Assembly: GCA_028534125.1 (NCBI GenBank)
Contig: CM052817.1
Span: 75,146,001 to 75,210,000, forward strand
Length of the DNA: 64,000 nt
Reading direction: 5' to 3'
Source of the DNA: Lama glama
Lineage: Eukaryota
The first letter of the stretch is position 1, and each line of letters begins with the position of its first letter. A program made the translations under genes and the position numbers. The notes under the pieces are model-generated. The model saw only the letters and a program-made list of their open reading frames with translations. It did not search any database and was not told where the DNA came from. Positions 1-13,517 of this stretch are shown one piece after another.

Positions 1-238
1 TAAATACGGACTCACTGGCTCCTCCTGGGTGAGAGTCAGATCAACTGGCCTCCTCACCAAATCTTCAGAAGGACAGGTGAGATTAGAAAACATTTATTGC
101 ATTGGTTCTGAGAAAAAGGTCAACACAGATCAAAATAGTTTTCTGACTACCAGATCTGACTGGTGACTCCTTCACAAACTCCTTTTCAAACTCTTGACCA
201 ACTCTATTCATCAAATTTATGTTTGCCTCTTTCTGCTC

Positions 239-411
239 CCTTGCCAGCTTCAGGGGCATGTGAACTGTGCCATTACACAGAGCCCTGAGCTCAGAGTGGA
301 TTCATGTTTAGTTTATGCTCTGCTGTCACCATACTGAAAGTCAACATTTTTGAACAAGGGGTCCCACATTTTCATTTTGCACCGGGTCCTGAAAATTATG
401 TAGCTGGTCCT
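239..411 (+). mobile_element. MER91A-like non-autonomous hAT DNA transposon fossil
   Basis: Matches the recalled MER91A consensus: ...gcttcaggggcatgtg...atgctctgctgtcacc...tttttgaacaaggggtcccacattttcattttgcaccgggtcctgaaaattatgtagctggtcct. Confidence 0.75.
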
Positions 412-1269
412 ACGGTTTTATGAAAAAAGGGGTCATCTCTCACAGAATTTCTTCTTAAAGCTAAGGGAAATTATAATTATTAACTCAATCACTATATCTT
501 CCTTAAGAAGAAACCATTCTAAATTCTAAAAATCAAAATATTCATAAGATTAGATCTTTGTGTTTTATTGCAGAGCATAAACTAAATATGCATATGTAAA
601 ATAGTATATAATGAGTATATATAAACATACACACAATAGCTTAACCTAAACAAATTCAGCAAGCTTTAATTTGACTTTTCTACAAAATGAGGGAAAGAGA
701 AATTCCTTTCTTAAAAGTAAATTCTCCATGTGGCTATCAATTAAAATATATTTATTTTTTTTTTTTAATATAAGGTCGGTAAAACTTCAACATATCACAG
801 TACGGTGGGTCCAAAAGATCATGATCTTAACCTTCAGGGATATGCTACTCTGAGATTAATGAAATGGCCTAAGTATCCTATTATAGACAACAGCTGACTT
901 TGCCAGCTCATTCTCTCCTGCCCCTACTGTGTTTTGGTGCAGCTAGTTGCCCTTTTTCATTCTGGATTAAATTACTAATTTCCATTGTTCATTCTCCATC
1001 ATCCTCAGTTTCCTCTTCTTGTCTGTCTGGTCTACCTTCGCTCAAATGAAAGAAGGCAAGAACTCTAGCCCTCCTCTTCCTGAGACAGGGTAGAGGACTA
1101 GAGGCAGGTATCACAAATACAAAATTTATCGTATTTAAATTTTTTTGTTATCCTAGGTAGATTTTTCACAGGTCTTTATTGTTTTAAACTTCAATAACTG
1201 ATAGAAACACTCTTTATTTAGACATGTGACTAGATAAGCCTTTACCTAGATATGTCACCGAGGCCTGAC

Positions 1270-1435
1270 TTTGTTCCTTTCTCCCTTCAGGTCAAATGTC
1301 CCTTTCAGTGATGCCTTCCTCAAGCATCCTAATTTAAATTGGCCCCATCACCACAAAAAATCTTTCCTATACCCCCTTTGCCTTTGCTCTTCATTCCACT
1401 TATTATCTCTCATACTACACATTTTTATTTATGTA
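1270..1435 (+). mobile_element. L2 LINE 3' fragment
   Basis: cccttcaggtcaaatgtccctttcagtgatgccttcct...cctaatttaaattg resembles the L2 3' region. Confidence 0.55.
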
Positions 1436-2349
1436 TGTTGGTTTTGAGGTCAGGAGGATAACACTCTGATCACCAATAGCCATGGCTGGACGAACAAATG
1501 CCAAAAGTCTGATTAAATGCACACATTTTAGTGATGCCAATGTGGACTGAAGTCCAACAAAGACCAGCTGACTCATGAGGTCCTTATCCAGTGTTAGAAA
1601 TCACACTCACAGCAGCATTCTTAGCCCAGTATTTAAGTTAGATCATACTTGGGGGGATGGGAAGGAGAAGGCAGAAAATTATGAGAAGACACATGAATTA
1701 AACAATTCTTCAAAGAGGATAAACCATAACTAATAGAGCTACCTTGTGTTGGCATTTGTTTTTTATTATCAGCATGGAGGGAGCCTCAAAAGCTTAGTTA
1801 GTTTCATTATAAATAAAGAAGTCATAATATTTTTGTGATTGTGAAATTCATAGCTTCTATGTTAGCACAAAGAATTATTTCTTTCTTCCAAGTTTAATTC
1901 CTTTTGACTTTCTGCATTTGGAAGGACAAACTGATTCTGACGCAATACACAATTTACCACCTAGATCCAGGCTGTAAATACATAACACACTTCTTAGGCA
2001 GATACTTTTCTGAGGATCTTATGGGTAAATCTAAATTTATGAACCTTGTCCCTATTTTTTTTTAATTGGTACATCATTTTGTTTAATAATTGCATTATTT
2101 CCTACTTTGCTATGGTAGGTAAAAGGAACCAAGCGGTGCTAATACTGATTTCAAAGGCAGCATATTTTGTGAGAAGACTGAAGTCTTTTTCCCCCCATGC
2201 TTTGTATATATTACACTGCCTTACCCCTGCTGATCCTAATAGAAACTTAACATGAATGCATATATCTTAATTCTTTTTTAAGCCATTTTGTTTACTTATG
2301 ATACCTTGGTTACATTTTATTTTAATAAATGTTTTAATCTGTTAGTTAT

Positions 2350-4040
2350 ATTTTATTTAACAAATATCCATTGAGTGTCTATTAGCAGACAGGTGTTTTT
2401 CTATTCGTTTGAGTATATAAAAGTATAAAAAGCAAGGTTTATGTTATATTAGGAGGGAGACAGATATAAAATTTAGAACTGATTTATGTAGTGTTTTAAA
2501 AAGTATTATAATAGGAGATGAAAATAGAGGAGCAAAAAGAATATGGGTTATGTGGTGAAGCAATGTTAAAGGTAAGAGTCATTGGGAAGGTGGTATCTGA
2601 GCAAAGATCAGGAGAGGTGAGAAAGTTCACCTCTCACATATTTGAGATAAAAGCTTCCCAAAAGAGACAAAAGCATGTGCCAAGGCTCTGTGGTCGAATC
2701 ATGCCTAATGAATTATGGGAATAGCCACCAGGCCAACATGGCTGCAGCAGAGTGAGCTAAGGGGTTGGCCTTGAGGAGGAGAGGACAGAGAGTTGGGGAA
2801 GAGGGAGGTACAGAGTCCTAGCACCTACTGAGGCATGTTATGGGTTTTAGCTTTTCATTTAGTAGAAAATGACTATTACTGAGTTTTAGACTACAAAAAC
2901 CATCACAACCTTATTTTCATTGTAAAAAAACCCCTCTGGTTTCTGAATACATTGATTTCTATAGGGATAGGAATAAGAAAACCATGTTTTTCCCTTTTTA
3001 ATTAAAGATTTAATTTTTCTAGTGCAGTTTTAACTTCACAGTAAAATTAAAGAGGAATTTACAGATATTTCCCATATAATCCCCTGCCCCACATGCACAT
3101 CTTTCCCCAGTATTAACATCCCTCACTACAGTGGTGCATTTGCTACAACTGATGAACCTACGTTGACACATCATAACCCCCCAGAGCCCATAGTCTACAT
3201 TACAATTCACTTTTGGTGTTTTACATTCTATGGGTTTGGAAAAATATGTAAGTGACATATACACATCACTACAGTGTCATACAGAGTAGTTTCATTGTCC
3301 TAAAAATCCTTTGTGCTCCACTGACTTGCCTTATTTCCCTTTAACTCTGACAACCACTGATCTTTTTACTGTCTTCATTGTTTTGCTCTGTTCAGAATGT
3401 CCTATAGTTGAAATCATACAGTATATAGTCTTTTCAGATTGCTTTCTTTCACTTAGCAATATACATTTAATATTCTTCCATGTCTTTTTATGGCTTGATA
3501 TTTTATTTCCTTTTAGTGCTGAATAATATTCCATTATCTGGACATACCACAGTTTATTTATCCATTCATCTACTAAAGGACATCTTGATTGTTAACAACT
3601 GCTGGCAACTGTGAATAAAGCTGCTATAAACAGCCCTGAACAGGGTTTTGTGTGGATTTAGGTTTTCAACTCCTCTGTGTTACACTACCAAAGAACACTG
3701 CAGATGCCATGGTTTTCCCTGTGGTCTCCCGTCTCTTATAGATCCAAGAAGAATTTTGATTTTTTTCAGTATATTTAGCTTTTACTTGTTAGGATGAAGT
3801 AGTGACTTCTAAGCCTCTTTAAGTGCAACTGTACACAGGAAGTGATCTTTTAAATATTCAGTTATCTAGTTGATAAATGATAATGGTTTAGGACTAAGTT
3901 ATGAAATGTCATGGTGAAGAAAGCTGAATGTATTTTGAAGTTAGAGTCACTAGGATTTGATAATGGAGCAGATGTGGTATACGAAAGAAAAATATGAGTT
4001 AAAAAATTTGACCTGAGACTGGAGGGGTGGAGTTAACTAT
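2350..4040 (-). mobile_element. L2 LINE fragment, split by the L1MC-like insertion (L2 parts about 2350-2980 and 3850-4040)
   Basis: Starts with tttaacaaatatccattgagtgtcta (reverse complement of the L2 3' end); purine-rich L2 body continues on both sides of the L1. Confidence 0.6.
2995..3843 (-). mobile_element. L1MC1-like LINE: 3' end (about 2995-3700) joined to an L1M-type 5' terminus (about 3700-3843)
   Basis: gcagttttaacttcacagtaaaatt...gatgaacctacgttgacacatcat...ttggtgttttacattctatgggtttgga is typical of the L1MC1 3' UTR. It is homologous in reverse orientation to 44450-45130 in this window. Confidence 0.8.
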
Positions 4041-4180
4041 TTTTCTGTGTTTGTTGCTTTAAAAACTGAAAATCAAGTAGCAAAGCTATAAGCCGCTTAA
4101 GGAATTGCCAATGTTGATATTTTATTTTAAGGTAGAATTTATTTTATCTTCACAACACTGAAATTTTTTTTTTCCCCCAG

Positions 4181-4268
4181 TGGAGAAAATAATGGAAGAT
4201 TCAACAGAATTGATAATTACCAATTTTTGCTTCTGAGGAAGGACTGAAATTCTTTTGGAAAAATCTAG
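4181..4268 (+). ncRNA. Candidate non-coding (lncRNA or UTR) internal exon, 88 nt
   Basis: Acceptor tttttttttcccccAG and donor AG|GTAAGT are both near consensus. There are stop codons in all three frames. Confidence 0.4.
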
Positions 4269-5719
4269 GTAAGTTGTATCTGAACTCATTTGGAAAAACT
4301 ATTAATTTATAAAAAAATGTTTCCATTGGATACCTTCTACATTTCTACTGTCTAGGTTGCTTTATATTTATTATATTTTGAAGGTAATGGTGATGAGAAA
4401 ACAATGTCATAGTTAACATTTTTAAGATTTTAAGATTAATTATCATTCTTTCTTAAACAACTAATGTTTGCTTCTTTAGGGTTAACTTCCTTTTCAGTTC
4501 AAAATATCACCACACAATCCTTAATTATTCTGGCATTTAAATAACCAGAATAAACTAAACTTATAGCGTTTCAGTATTATTTTATTAAAACCATCAATAA
4601 TCTGTATAATAAATTATTTTATTAGGATTAGATATAATTAATAAAACTGAATTCAATATATATTCCTTTTCTCATTTTCTAAAGATTGTGGTATTTTGAT
4701 TGCTGCAGAAAAAAAGAACTATAGAAATGAACAAAAATAAGATGCAGAGAAGCCATAAACTGGATAATTAACTCCGAAATAGTTACAACTTGGTTGAAAT
4801 TTGTAATTACGTTTGGTAAGGGAGGTTTGATAAGCATTCACTGCTCTTAGAAAAGCAGTGACGGTAACTTATTTCAATGGCATAAACAAGCTTTTGGCCC
4901 AGTAATCTGATTCATAATATGACAAATTTGAAGGAATTACGTGTTAAATGATATTTTTCTGAGATAATTTCTTAATAGTCCAAGCTCAATTAATACTTAA
5001 TATTCAAGGCCAATGACTTAATGATAAATTCAGCTTTTGAAAAAGCACCACATCAAGTAATAAAGACTAATTTTGATTTTTTTCAAGTGTGCAGAGAGTA
5101 AGGAATTCATAATAGCATAGTTACCATTGTATATCTGTATGTTAATGTTACCAGGTAATCATCTTGAAAGACTTGAAATGATTAACACATTGGAACATAA
5201 ACCACAAAAAATGTTCAACAGTTGATAGAGACAGGAACATTTAGGACAATGCAAAAACCTCTGCCCAGAAAATTGTTTTCCAAACACTGAAATTTATAAG
5301 CAATTATCAAGAATTTTACCTGACTATACTTATAACTCTGACTTAGTGACAGCTTAACTGGTATTAAGCTTCATTTTTCAGCACTAAGATTTTGAGATAA
5401 TCACTATGTGCTTGTAATTTATACGACTTCTTCCTTCTTTTTTTGTATGTGCAGAAAATACTTCAGCAATATTTTTTTAAGAGGGTAATTAGGTTGGAGT
5501 ATAAGGTTGATCTCATTTTTAAAAACTGGTGAAAAGAAACTTGTGTTACTGTGCTTACTTAAAAGATTGAGAATATAAATTTTCTCACTTTTAATTTTAT
5601 TCTTTTCTAAAATAATACCTAGCCAATCACTTCTCAGTGTCCATTTTGTATAATTTCAATTGCACATGTACGTTAATAGTAAAATGTAAGAATAGTAAAA
5701 AAAAAGAAAGAAAATATAG

Positions 5720-5930
5720 TGAAGAATTGTATGGCAAAGTACAGATTTTGTATCAGACAAACTAATATTCAAATCTTAGCTTCATCAGCCACCCTATAAC
5801 ATCTCTCAGTCTCAGTCTTAATCCCATCTGTAAAATGGGAAATATTTCTGCCAGAAGGGACAATAAGGTAGTGCATATAAAATGTTTATTAAAGTGGACA
5901 GCACATGATAAACACTCAATGAATAATAAT
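5720..5930 (+). mobile_element. MIR SINE
   Basis: ttcaaatcttagcttc...ctctcagtctcagt...catctgtaaaatggga...cagcacatgataaacactcaat are MIR core and tail motifs. Confidence 0.65.
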
Positions 5931-8809
5931 TACTACTGTTGGCCAATGATGCTCTTTTGAAAAAGGTTATATGCATTTGCTATTATTCTTACCATCATGT
6001 AATTTATGTGGTATTTTATTGTTATTAATATACATACTCTTCCTATCAAAAGAAAATAGGAAAGGATAAGTAGTTACAGAAAAGATTAATGAAATATGTG
6101 AAAGTCAGAGAGAATTAGCAGAATCACAGTAAAAAATATCTACGAGTTTTTAAAGAAAACTCAGTGGACTACACAAGTCAACATTCTTGTGTGTTATGAA
6201 TTTCCTTCCCAATTCTTCAGCTTACATTTGAAAAAGCAAACCACAATGTATGTTTGATATGAAGCTATATTCCTTCTTCCAATCTGCATAGAAGGAAATT
6301 ACATTCAGATAGCAAACAACAGTATATGTACTTTAATCAAAATCCTGGGGTTCTAGTGACAGAGTCCTGAAGGCTAGTGAAAAGAATTTGATGACTAATA
6401 AATTTTGAAATTTAAGTTTCAGGAAAAGAGATACCCTAACAAAAACAGATAATGTGGATGCTTAGTATTTTACATCTATCAAGGTTTAACGTCTCTAAGC
6501 ATAACTCCATACTCTTAACTTTAATTTAATATTATAGAAATATTAAGTCTCTAAGTAAAATTATACAAATGACACAAAATCAAATACATCACATCTATGA
6601 AGCTATTTTATTAATCTACATTTTCCTGGGGATCTCTTCTTTATTTGCTTGATAAATCCCTGAAACTATTATTTTTACACTGTATTTCAGGTTTGATACA
6701 TCAGCAAATGACACATAAGACTGAAAATTTAAAACTATACTTAATGATCTGTCATTTGTTATAGAATTGTGTTGATTACAAATACTATTTCCAATGTCAA
6801 GGCAACACTGAAAAAAATAACTTTTTTTGAACAGTAGTATTGTTTTGCAGCTTCCATTAATAAGGAAAGAATTTATATAAAGAAAAGTTTAAACAACTGA
6901 ATAATACACAATCATCACTACCATCATGATAATAATCAACAATGTCATTTTTAATAACTTATATATACTTACTATTAGTAAAGAAAGCCATCTGTTTCAT
7001 TGATAAATAAATGAATAAACTGAATGTATGCAAATTACTTAAACGTATTTTGAATCTAAATCTCAAATACATAAGAGTTTATACAAGTAATACTACTGAA
7101 TGACAACTTAAAATGTTTAATTACCTCGTTTCCAAACTTCAGATGATAACCACTTTATGTATGGTTACCAGAAGAACTGGATGGGACTGGCAGAACTCTG
7201 ATTTTTGTTCCTTAATGCCCATTTATTTAATTTTTTTCTCAACTTTGAGAAAATTAGTTGGTTAAAAGTGACAGTTGAGGAAGAATAAGAACTTTTGTAA
7301 CCCAACCAATACTTTGCGATGTATTGGTTGTCCTCTTCTAGAATATAGATAAGTATAACTAAGTAACTAAATGGCTACAAATTTGAACAATATTAGCTTT
7401 AGGGATCACCAAAGAGTAAGCCAGAATGTTACTTTCATTGAGTTGCACTTTACTTAAAGAAACTTCACATACTTTTTTTTTTTTTTTTACAGAGAGGCAA
7501 GTGATAAAAAGAGAATGGGAACACTATTATTAGCAATGATAATTATACTGCTTTCATAAGGTATTTTCAAAAGATAAAACTATACATCTATGATCTTTTT
7601 CATATATACTTTGCAGTTCAAGTTTAATTCCTAATTATTTTGTCATACATTAGTAAAACGGGTGTACTTAGGAAATAATATGAAGTAGTCATTAATGCTT
7701 AATCCTTTTGTCATCAAAACTGTATAATTCAAAGAATTTACCTGAAGTTTATCTAACTAGTTATTAGCATAATTAGTTTACAGAAGATACATTTTCATTC
7801 TAGTGAATTAAAATTATTTTCACTGCCATCTAGAAATGAGAGCATGGTAGTAAATCTACTTTACTTTTCTGTGATAGATTTTGCTGGGAAAATGGTGGGA
7901 AGCAGAAAGGTAGTTTCCTAGTTGAATAATATATATTGAGAAAGAGTGAATAGAAAAAGCCACTTAAAAAACTAACCCTTTTTTGGGAACTTTGGAAAGA
8001 AGTACTTGCTGGCTGACCAAAGACTATTAACAATTTATACCATGCAAGTAGACAGGAATGCCACTTTACATCTTGCTGCATGAGGAAACAAGCCAATGTG
8101 TGTGTTGACTATTAAATATCTGCATTTGGTTATAAAGATATCTTGTGTTAGTAAAGAAATGCTGTTTGTAGAATGCCTTGTAGAAAAAAATAGACAGAAA
8201 TTCTACCTAATTTTGGTTGCTAGGAGCCAGATGGTCAATATCTGAGCCAAAGTAATGAATGACCATGAAAATGAACTGGGACAGGTGTATGTGAAAAATG
8301 CTTGAGAACTGATTGTATTCTTAGATGTTATGCAATCTTATTTAAAGACATAGTGCTCTTTATTTATCTCAGTCTCTTTTTTTCATGGTCTTGTCCAAGT
8401 AATTATTTTACTGTTTCTCAAAGATCAACTCATTTTATTCTTTAACTTCTGAGACAGTGTAAATTTTTAGCATTTTACTTATTCCATCCTTCCCTCTTTT
8501 AAAAATATTTATAAAGATATAAACCGATTAATAAGCAACTACATGTATTCTACTGCTATCTGTAGATATGCTGCCTCAATTTCTGATTGCATTATCAATG
8601 TCAACATTTTAGCTTTGATAATCACAGTCTGTCTTGAGCCTGGCTATAGGATGATGTCTTTTTTTCCTTTAGAACTTACAAGAATTATTTTTTCTAAAGT
8701 TTAATTCTATTCAATATTTCTTTATCTGGCAATTACGATTTATGAAGTAAGTTAAATCCAGATTGGCATTTTCTCTGATTCTTTTCTCAGTCAATGTGGC
8801 CCCATGGTA

Positions 8810-9350
8810 TCAAATCCCCTCTTTATGTAAATAACTCTCAAATTTATATCTCTGTATTATTAACATACTGATCCAGTTCTCCACCTGGATGTCTAATACA
8901 GATATCACAAGTACAACATATCCAAAACTAAATTCTTGATTTTCCCACAAACCTAAACCACATGTAATATTCCCCATCTCAACTGATCTGAAGTCCATCT
9001 TCCATTTGGTCAGAACAAAAACTTTGGAATCATCCTGAATTAGCCTTGATTCATCCCCTCTTCTAGCTTTTACTCAAGGTGGCAGCAATTCCCATTGATT
9101 ATACTTTATCAATATATCAAAAATGCTAACGGAGGGAGGGTATAGCTCAAATGGTAGAGCGCATGTTTAGCATGCACAAGGTCCTGGGTTCAACCCCCAG
9201 TACCTCCATCAAATAAATAAATAAATGAACCTAATTACCCCCCTCAAAAAAAAATAAAACAAAACAAAACAAAATGCTAACAGTCATCATCAATTCTACA
9301 GCCATTATATTTGACTAGGTCACAATCATATCTTACCTAATTCAACAGAA
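8810..9350 (+). mobile_element. L2 LINE fragment, host of the Vic-1-type SINE
   Basis: ctccacctggatgtctaat...aacatatccaaaactaaattcttgattttccc...ccccatctca...aaaactttggaatcatcctga is a typical L2 body. Confidence 0.65.
9131..9270 (+). mobile_element. tRNA-Ala-derived SINE, camelid Vic-1 type, full length
   Basis: tRNA-like head with A box TAGCTCAAATGG (9143-9154), AGC anticodon remnant (9169-9171) and B box GGTTCAACCCC (9187-9197). It is followed by (AAAT)n-gaacctaattaccccc and an A-rich tail. An 11-bp TSD AAAATGCTAAC lies at 9120-9130 and 9271-9281. Confidence 0.9.
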
Positions 9351-9384
9351 TAATTCTCTCTACTTTTGTTTCTGTGATGCCTCC

Positions 9385-9568
9385 TTCTCTGACTCTGATT
9401 ATCCAGCCGTCCTCTTATAAGTACCCTTATTAATATATTGGACTTATTAAGATAATATAAGATAATCTTCCATTGCAAGATCCTTAACCACACGACCTAA
9501 AATATTCACATTTTCTTGTGATTAGGATGTGGATGTCTTTGGGGAAAGGCATGATTCTTTCTACCACA
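9385..9568 (-). mobile_element. MLT1 (MaLR) LTR fragment, MLT1B/C-like
   Basis: cctcttataagtacccttattaatatattggac...gataatcttcc...agatccttaa...gattaggatgtggatgtctttgggg...ctaccaca. Confidence 0.6.
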
Positions 9569-11489
9569 AGAAGCTAGATTTGTTATTAGCTTAATGCTCA
9601 AAAATGGATCAGAAATAGAATAGCCCTTGTTAGGGTAGAGAGAGAATCCTCCACGAATCTCTTATGTTTCTACATGTCTTCCAAAGCAAGGCATTGACCA
9701 CCCTTTGTTCTGAATTATATTTTGAAGAATGTTTATATAGGAAACAGCTGACATGATTTTAAGACTTCTGAACTTTAAAACTAATAATTTTTTTTGTTAT
9801 TTAAAGCCATTATAATTCTGATAATTTGCTATAGTTCCAATAAGAAACTAATGCAATAATATTCAGAAATCAGGTAATACTGTCCACCAGATTGTTGAGA
9901 ACTCCCTCTCTGTGTGCTCCCTCTATATTGAATATCTAACTAAATATGGCTCATAACAATCTACATACACTATAAACAGCACATTTTCCAACCTCATCAA
10001 CCAAAGCAAGCTCAGTAGATGAATATTTTTTTTAGCCGAGTCACAGGCCAACATGGGTCTCTGCTCCACGTATTCATTCAAAGATAACAGCTTGCCCATG
10101 TAGTGATTTTCAAATGTATCTTACCTCATAAATGGAAACTGATGAATACTGTTTATGGGATATTTTATGTAAGTTTTGGAGGTTTTAAATATATAATTTC
10201 TGTCCACATTGTAGTTATCCATAAGTGTCACATGATCCCACCTATCTGCTAGGTTGCTAGAAAATACAGTTTAGAATTATTACTAGATAAAGAAGAAGAA
10301 CATGGGTATTGCTGAATGTTAGCACTCTGCCTACAACTCAGCATTCTGCTAAGTAATTCATATATATTATCTTCTTTAAATCAAACCATAAACATTCGAA
10401 GCAAGGTATTGTTTGTCCTTCTATTTTACAGTATTCTCTGAGAAATATATAACTGATTCTAAGACAAATAAGTAACATTTCCAAATGTTCACAGCTAATC
10501 CATTAGAGTGTCAAGGTCACAATCCAGACAGTATAGCATCAGAGTTGCAAAAACCTATTTTAGAAAAACTTTTGTGTCTTAAAAGTTATTAGTTATTGTA
10601 AACAGAGTTTAATCTATACCCTATCTATTCTATTGTATAGTGCAAATAACATACACTCTACTACCACCCTAAATTCAAGGGGGTCCTTTAGTGATTCTGT
10701 ACACCTGCTTTGTCATTCCACATATTTGGTATGTTAGTGGCTGGTGATACTGTATGGTCTAGAGGTATTTTTTCTTCAACCACTTTTTCTAACTGATCAG
10801 AATCTCAATAGATACCAGCTATATTATTTCATCACCATTTGTAAGCTACTACCGAACCCAGTAACTGGTTATTTTCACTAGAAGAGAACTTTCCAATCTC
10901 TCACTGAAGGTTATGAGCTCAAGTTTACTTATGTTCTTCATATAACTTAGTGACATAGAAGGAGAGCTTCATCATTTGTGCGATAAGTATAAACATGTAT
11001 TTTTTCCAAGACAAAAATCAACCAACCTAAAGCAAAAAAGAAATAAAAGCAAAAACAACAAAAATTAACTAAATAACCTAACAGTTAAACTATCTTATAA
11101 AAATGTCCAACTTATTAAACCAGAATTAATTATAACTAAATTATGTAAGTGAGGTTATTTTAATTTAGGTGAAGGAAACATCTATTATCTCTTACAAATT
11201 TGACAGGCTACAAATTTGAGGGACTCTTAAAAGGCACACTTTTATCAGGATGTTCTATTCTTGTGTACATGTAGGGGTTTTGCATCCTTCCTATCTGACT
11301 TCACAACACCACAGAATTTTCCTATTTTAGCACATATCACACATTATACATATCAAGCATTGAATAAACATGATTGTCTGCTGAGTTGCACTGTATTTAA
11401 GAAGAGCCATTATCCTCCAAAATTATTTCCTTAATTTAATATAAATTTCTTGGGTGGAATCTAGGGATATTTGGGTGAATCTTTTATGG

Positions 11490-11660
11490 ATTCACTTAAA
11501 AATATTCACTGGACATGTAATTCCATCAGTTATTAGTACACTGGAGATACTGAAATGAACAAAAGACCCATGTCCCTTGTCTTTTTTGAAGTTTACCAGA
11601 TAACTGTAATATGCAGTGACGTAAACAAAATTATAATCCAGTGTAATAAATGCTAGAATA
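11490..11660 (-). mobile_element. L2 3' fragment immediately upstream of the young L1
   Basis: cactggagatactgaaatgaacaaaagacccatgtcccttg...aattataatccagtgtaataaatgcta. Confidence 0.5.
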
Positions 11661-11836
11661 GTAAGTATAGAGGGAACATAGCTCAACATAATAAAAACTA
11701 TTTATGACAAACCCACAGTCAACATAACACTCAATGGTGAAAAGCTTAAAGCCTTCCTGCTAAAATCTCAAACAAGAAAATTTCTCACCATTTTTCTTCA
11801 ACATTGCATTGGAAGTCCTAGCCATAGCAATCAGCC

Positions 11837-11839
11837 AAA

Positions 11840-11872
<33 letters not shown>
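11837..11872 (+). repeat. (AAAT)9 microsatellite inside L1 ORF2
   Basis: Read directly from the sequence. Confidence 0.9.
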
Positions 11873-11874
<2 letters not shown>

Positions 11875-13472
11875 AAGGGATCCAAATTGGAAGGGAAGAG
11901 GTAACATTGTCATGCATATGCAGATGACATGATGCTATATATGTAAAACCCTAAAAGCTCCACACAAAAACTATTAGAACTAATAAATTGTGCAAGGTAG
12001 CAGGATACAAGATTAACATACAGAAATTGGTTGCATTTCTTTACATTAACAATTAAATATCAGAAATTAAAAAAAAAATCCCTGTTAAATTTCATCAAAA
12101 AATAAAATACTTAGGAATAAAGCTGCCCAAGGAGATGAAAGATTTACATGCTGAGAACTACAGAACACTGATAAAGGAAACTGAAGATGAGTTAAAGAAA
12201 TGGAAAAATATCCTATGTTCTTGGATTAGAAGAATTAATATTGTTAAAACCATCATACTACCCAAAGCAATCTACAGATTTAATGCAATACCTATCAAAT
12301 TATCCAGGACATTTTTCACAGACTTAAAACAAAGAATCCTAAAATTGACATGAAATCACAAAAGAATCGCCAAAGCATTACTGAAGAAAAAGAATGAAGC
12401 TGGAGAAATAATCTTCCTAGACTTCAGACAATACTACAGAGCTATAGTAATGAAAACAGCATTTTATTGGTACAAAAATAGACATACGGATCAATGGAAC
12501 AGAATAGAGAGCCCACAAATAAACCTACAGACCTACAGTCAATTAATCTTTGAAAAAGGATGCAAAAATATACAGCGGAGAAAAGACAGTTTCTTCAATG
12601 AGTGCTGTTGAGAAAGCTGGACAGCTGCATGTAAATGAATGAATTTAGAACACTCCCTCACACCATACACAAAAATAAACTCAACATGGCTTAACAATTT
12701 AAATATAACACATGACACCATAAAACTCTTAGAAGAAAACATAGGCAAAACATTCTCTGACATAAAATGTAGTACTGTTTTCTTAGGTCAGTCTCCTAAG
12801 GCAATAGAAAGAAAAGCAAAAATAAACAAATGGAACCTAATGAAACTTACAAGCTTTTGCACAGCAAAGGAAACCATAAAACAAAAAAATAACCTATGGA
12901 CTGGGAGAAAATATTTGTAAACAATGTGACCTACAAGGGCTTAACTTCCAAAATATACAAACAGCTTATACAATTCAATAACAAAACAAAACAAAACAAA
13001 ACCCAATCCAAAAATGGGCAGAAGATCTAAATAGACATTTCTTCAAAGAAGTTATACAGAAGACCAATAGGCACGTGAAAAGATGCTCAACATCACTGAT
13101 TATTAGAGAACTGCAAATCAAAACTACAATGAGGTATCACCCCACACCAGTCAGAATAGCCATTATCAAAATGTCTACAAATAATAAATGCTGGAGAGGG
13201 TGTGAAGAAAAGGGAACCCTCCTACATTGTTGATAAGAATGTAAATTGGTGCAGCCATTATGGAAAACAGCATGGAGGCTTCTTTAAAAAAACTAAAATC
13301 AGAATTGCCATATGATCCAGCAAACCCACTCCTGGGCATATATCAGGAGAAAACTCCAATTTGAAAAGACACATGCACCAAAGCAACACTATTTACAATA
13401 GCCAAGACATGGAAGCAACCTAAATATCCATCCACAGATGAATGGATAAAGACAAGTGGTATATATATATTT

Positions 13473-13476
<4 letters not shown>

Positions 13477-13514
<38 letters not shown>
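13477..13514 (+). repeat. (AC)19 microsatellite preceded by a short (TA)n, inside the L1
   Basis: Read directly from the sequence. Confidence 0.95.

Positions 13515-13517
<3 letters not shown>

Noticed and set aside
9135..9208. Apparent tRNA-Ala(AGC) gene
   Set aside because: It is the head of a SINE: the stems are imperfect, and it has a tRNA-unrelated tail, an A-rich end and a TSD.
12135..12920. ORFs with recognisable protein similarity
   Set aside because: They are broken L1 ORF2 fragments, not host genes.
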